Of a stretch of DNA of 64,000 nucleotides, positions 61,934 to 64,000 are shown piece after piece. The stretch is taken from assembly GCA_965198175.1 (NCBI GenBank), contig OZ240245.1, positions 1,312,001 through 1,376,000 on the forward strand. The letters are read 5' to 3'. Position numbers and translations under genes: made by a program. Below the pieces are notes generated by a model. That model had not been told where the DNA came from. It saw only the letters and a list, made by a program, of their open reading frames with translations, and searched no databases. Source of the stretch: Candidatus Poribacteria bacterium. Lineage in GTDB: Bacteria > Poribacteria > WGA-4E > PCPOR2b. How positions within the stretch are numbered: position 1 is the stretch's first letter; each line of letters begins with the position of its first letter.

Positions 61934-62173
61934 CTACGCAACAATATCGCCGCCAAGCGGCTCGAAGCAAGTTCGAGAACGACCACAGCCTTCCGGCGAA
62001 ACAAATTTATCGTCTGGACCAACTGCTGCCATCGTGCAATTGCACCAATAGTGCGAGTAAGGGTTGGTTTCGACAAGATTCTGTAAACTCCCACCGGCGA
62101 TATAAAGCGCCTTTGTGCGTATATTTTGACATATCGGTCGATTCAAGAGGGACAAACTTTTCGCTTCTTCCAT
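61934..62173 (-). CDS. Small Cys-rich protein at the end of the Mo-hydroxylase operon
   Basis: AGGAG RBS, 17 nt after the FAD subunit; C..RTK..YWCNCT..VGPDD..C..C (5 Cys). Confidence 0.65.
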   Translation of the reverse strand: MEEAKSLSLLNRPICQNIRTKALYIAGGSLQNLVETNPYSHYWCNCTMAAVGPDDKFVSPEGCGRSRTCFEPLGGDIVA

Positions 62174-62190
62174 GTCAATTCTCCTATACC

Positions 62191-63165
62191 CTACGATGCC
62201 TTCATTGTTGCGCGGCTGACGAGATTTTGGGTTAATGTCACCTTATAACCGTTGTCATTCAGTGGTTCTGCGTCCTTAACGGCTTCTTTTCCCGCTCGCT
62301 TTGCAAGGGCTTCGGTGATACGCTTGCCGTTGAGCGCAGCTTCAGCCTCCTTGGATCGCCAAGGAATTGGCGCAACCCCACCGAGCACGATGCTTGCTCT
62401 GTGGCAGGTCGTGCCGTCCATATCGAAGGCAGCGGCGACGCTCACCAACGCAAAGTCGAAAGACCCTCTTTCGCGGGCTTTGAGATAGAAACTCTTCGCA
62501 TTAGTCCCCGGTTTTGGGACATGAACTTCCGCTACGACCTCGTTCGGTTCAAGGACGTTTTCACGTTGGGGATTGACATCTGGCAAGATGAAAAATTCCT
62601 CCAATGGCATTGTCCTTTCCCCATCGGGTCCAATAATCTTCACGGTGGCGCCGAGAGCGATTAACGCCGGCGCGGTATCAGAGGGATGGACGATATAGAC
62701 GGGTCCACCACCGAAGATTGCGTGGTACTTGCTCAACCCATCGACCGCGTAACACATGTCGCCTCCTTTCTTCAAGCAGATGACCTCTGGGTTGCGATAA
62801 TACCAGCAACGAGGACGCTGGCACAAGTTGCCGCCGAGCGTGCCAACGTTACGAATCTGCGGCGACGCGACCGAGGCTGCGGCTTCAGCGAGGGCGATGT
62901 AATGCTTCTGAATTGTTGGGTGTGCAGCAATCTCTCCCAGTGTCGCCAATGCACCAATTGTCAATCCAGACGCATCGGCTTTAATCTCGTCCAGACCGGG
63001 GATGGTTTTGAGGTTGACCACCTTCGCCGGAGTTTCGATGTACTCCTTGAGCTCACCGAGAAGATCCGTTCCTCCTGCAATAACCATCGTTTCGCCCCAT
63101 TCATCGCTCAACAGGGAGGAGGCTTGTTCGACGTTTGCTGCATTGACGTAAGCAAATTTTTCCAT
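62191..63165 (-). CDS. Xanthine dehydrogenase-family FAD-binding subunit (PaoB/YagS-like)
   Basis: IAGGTDLL, ASPQIRNVGTLGGN, Cys-containing insert RCWYYR..C..C, HPSD, GGVAPIPWR. Confidence 0.9.
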   Translation of the reverse strand: MEKFAYVNAANVEQASSLLSDEWGETMVIAGGTDLLGELKEYIETPAKVVNLKTIPGLDEIKADASGLTIGALATLGEIAAHPTIQKHYIALAEAAASVASPQIRNVGTLGGNLCQRPRCWYYRNPEVICLKKGGDMCYAVDGLSKYHAIFGGGPVYIVHPSDTAPALIALGATVKIIGPDGERTMPLEEFFILPDVNPQRENVLEPNEVVAEVHVPKPGTNAKSFYLKARERGSFDFALVSVAAAFDMDGTTCHRASIVLGGVAPIPWRSKEAEAALNGKRITEALAKRAGKEAVKDAEPLNDNGYKVTLTQNLVSRATMKAS

Positions 63166-63226
63166 ATTTCCATCTCCTCATTTCTTTCCAAGTGAAAATT
63201 GGAAGGTTTCACGTATGGGGATAGAT

Positions 63227-64000
63227 TTATCCAGATTCTAGTTCCTTCTCAGCCAGCGCGTTGAGTATCTTTTCGGGCGAGATTGGGAGGTCTCGGATGC
63301 GGACACCAATTGCGTTATAAATTGCGTTTGCAATCGCACCCGCTGTCGGGATGGTTGCAGGTTCACCGACACCTGTCACTTTCCGGTCGGTATCGAAAGC
63401 AATGGACTTTATCTCAGGAACCTCCATTGCTCCCACAACCTTGTAATCTTCGAGGTTCGGGTTGATCATATAGCCTGTCTGTGGGTCCATAATACGGTCC
63501 TCAAGCAGGGCGTAGCCCAATCCCATGATAACACCGCCGTTAATTTGGCTTTCGCAGGTCAAGCGGTTCATCACCAGACCGCAGTCCTGAACTGCCACAA
63601 TCCTGATGGCCTTCACTTCGCCGGTTTCCGTGTCCACCTCGATTTCGGCAAACTGTGTTCCGGCAGCTCCAGGCTCACTGAGATTGTCGTGCCAGGCTCC
63701 GTTCCCGGCGATTGTCTCCATACCGAGATGACCCGATGCACCTTTCCACGACACGCTCTTCGTTCGATCCGATGCGGCGTAAATCTTACCATCTACGGCA
63801 CGCAAGTCTTCCGGTTGGGTTTCCAAAAGTGGCGCTATCCGTTCAAATAGTTTCTGCTTGGCTGCTGTTGCCGCAGTCTTGACTACCGGGGCAACGGAGG
63901 GCGTTGTTGTGCTTCCGCCGCTGCCTCCAGAGGGCAATCCTGGTCCGCTGTCACCAATTTTCACACTGATATCTTGGGGTTGTAGACCGAGTTCCTCCGC
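63227..64000 (-). CDS. Xanthine dehydrogenase-family molybdopterin-binding subunit (C-terminal part; gene extends beyond the window)
   Basis: GDS..GGSGGS, EIEVDTETGEV, DCG..NRL..QINGG, GVGEP..AIANAIYNAIGVR. Confidence 0.9.
   Translation of the reverse strand, partial: AEELGLQPQDISVKIGDSGPGLPSGGSGGSTTTPSVAPVVKTAATAAKQKLFERIAPLLETQPEDLRAVDGKIYAASDRTKSVSWKGASGHLGMETIAGNGAWHDNLSEPGAAGTQFAEIEVDTETGEVKAIRIVAVQDCGLVMNRLTCESQINGGVIMGLGYALLEDRIMDPQTGYMINPNLEDYKVVGAMEVPEIKSIAFDTDRKVTGVGEPATIPTAGAIANAIYNAIGVRIRDLPISPEKILNALAEKELESG

Overview
Bacterial chromosomal window with roughly balanced GC and about 50 genes. Gene content points by inference to Candidatus Poribacteria or a relative: four intact and one broken phytanoyl-CoA dioxygenase (PhyH) genes, three DUF6785/6784-like polytopic membrane proteins (two in tandem), TolB-like propellers ending in a 'SVSP..K...TWG.(L/I)K' tail, and NHL and ankyrin proteins. 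The left half holds carbohydrate/oxidoreductase genes, lipoproteins, a Cho-like nuclease, a THUMP methyltransferase, a sensor kinase and a DUF4159 protein behind a sigma54-type promoter. The middle (about 29.7-45.6 kb) is a decaying catabolic region with at least seven gene remnants, several fused at apparent deletion junctions. The right part is mostly housekeeping: uvrC, groES-groEL behind a sigma54-type promoter, tRNA-Gly/Cys/Val, thrS, an iscS-like gene, an rluD-like gene, an NtrC-like activator with a degenerate receiver, larA and the end of a molybdenum hydroxylase operon. No CRISPR array, rRNA, prophage or intact transposase was seen. The best leads are a candidate C-terminal protein-sorting signal, the diverging tandem transporter-like pair, a sigma54 circuit that includes groESL, a Cys-rich mini-protein behind a PaoB-like subunit lacking one Fe-S ligand, and a back-to-back small-ORF/sRNA pair. 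All family assignments come from motif recognition, not database searches.
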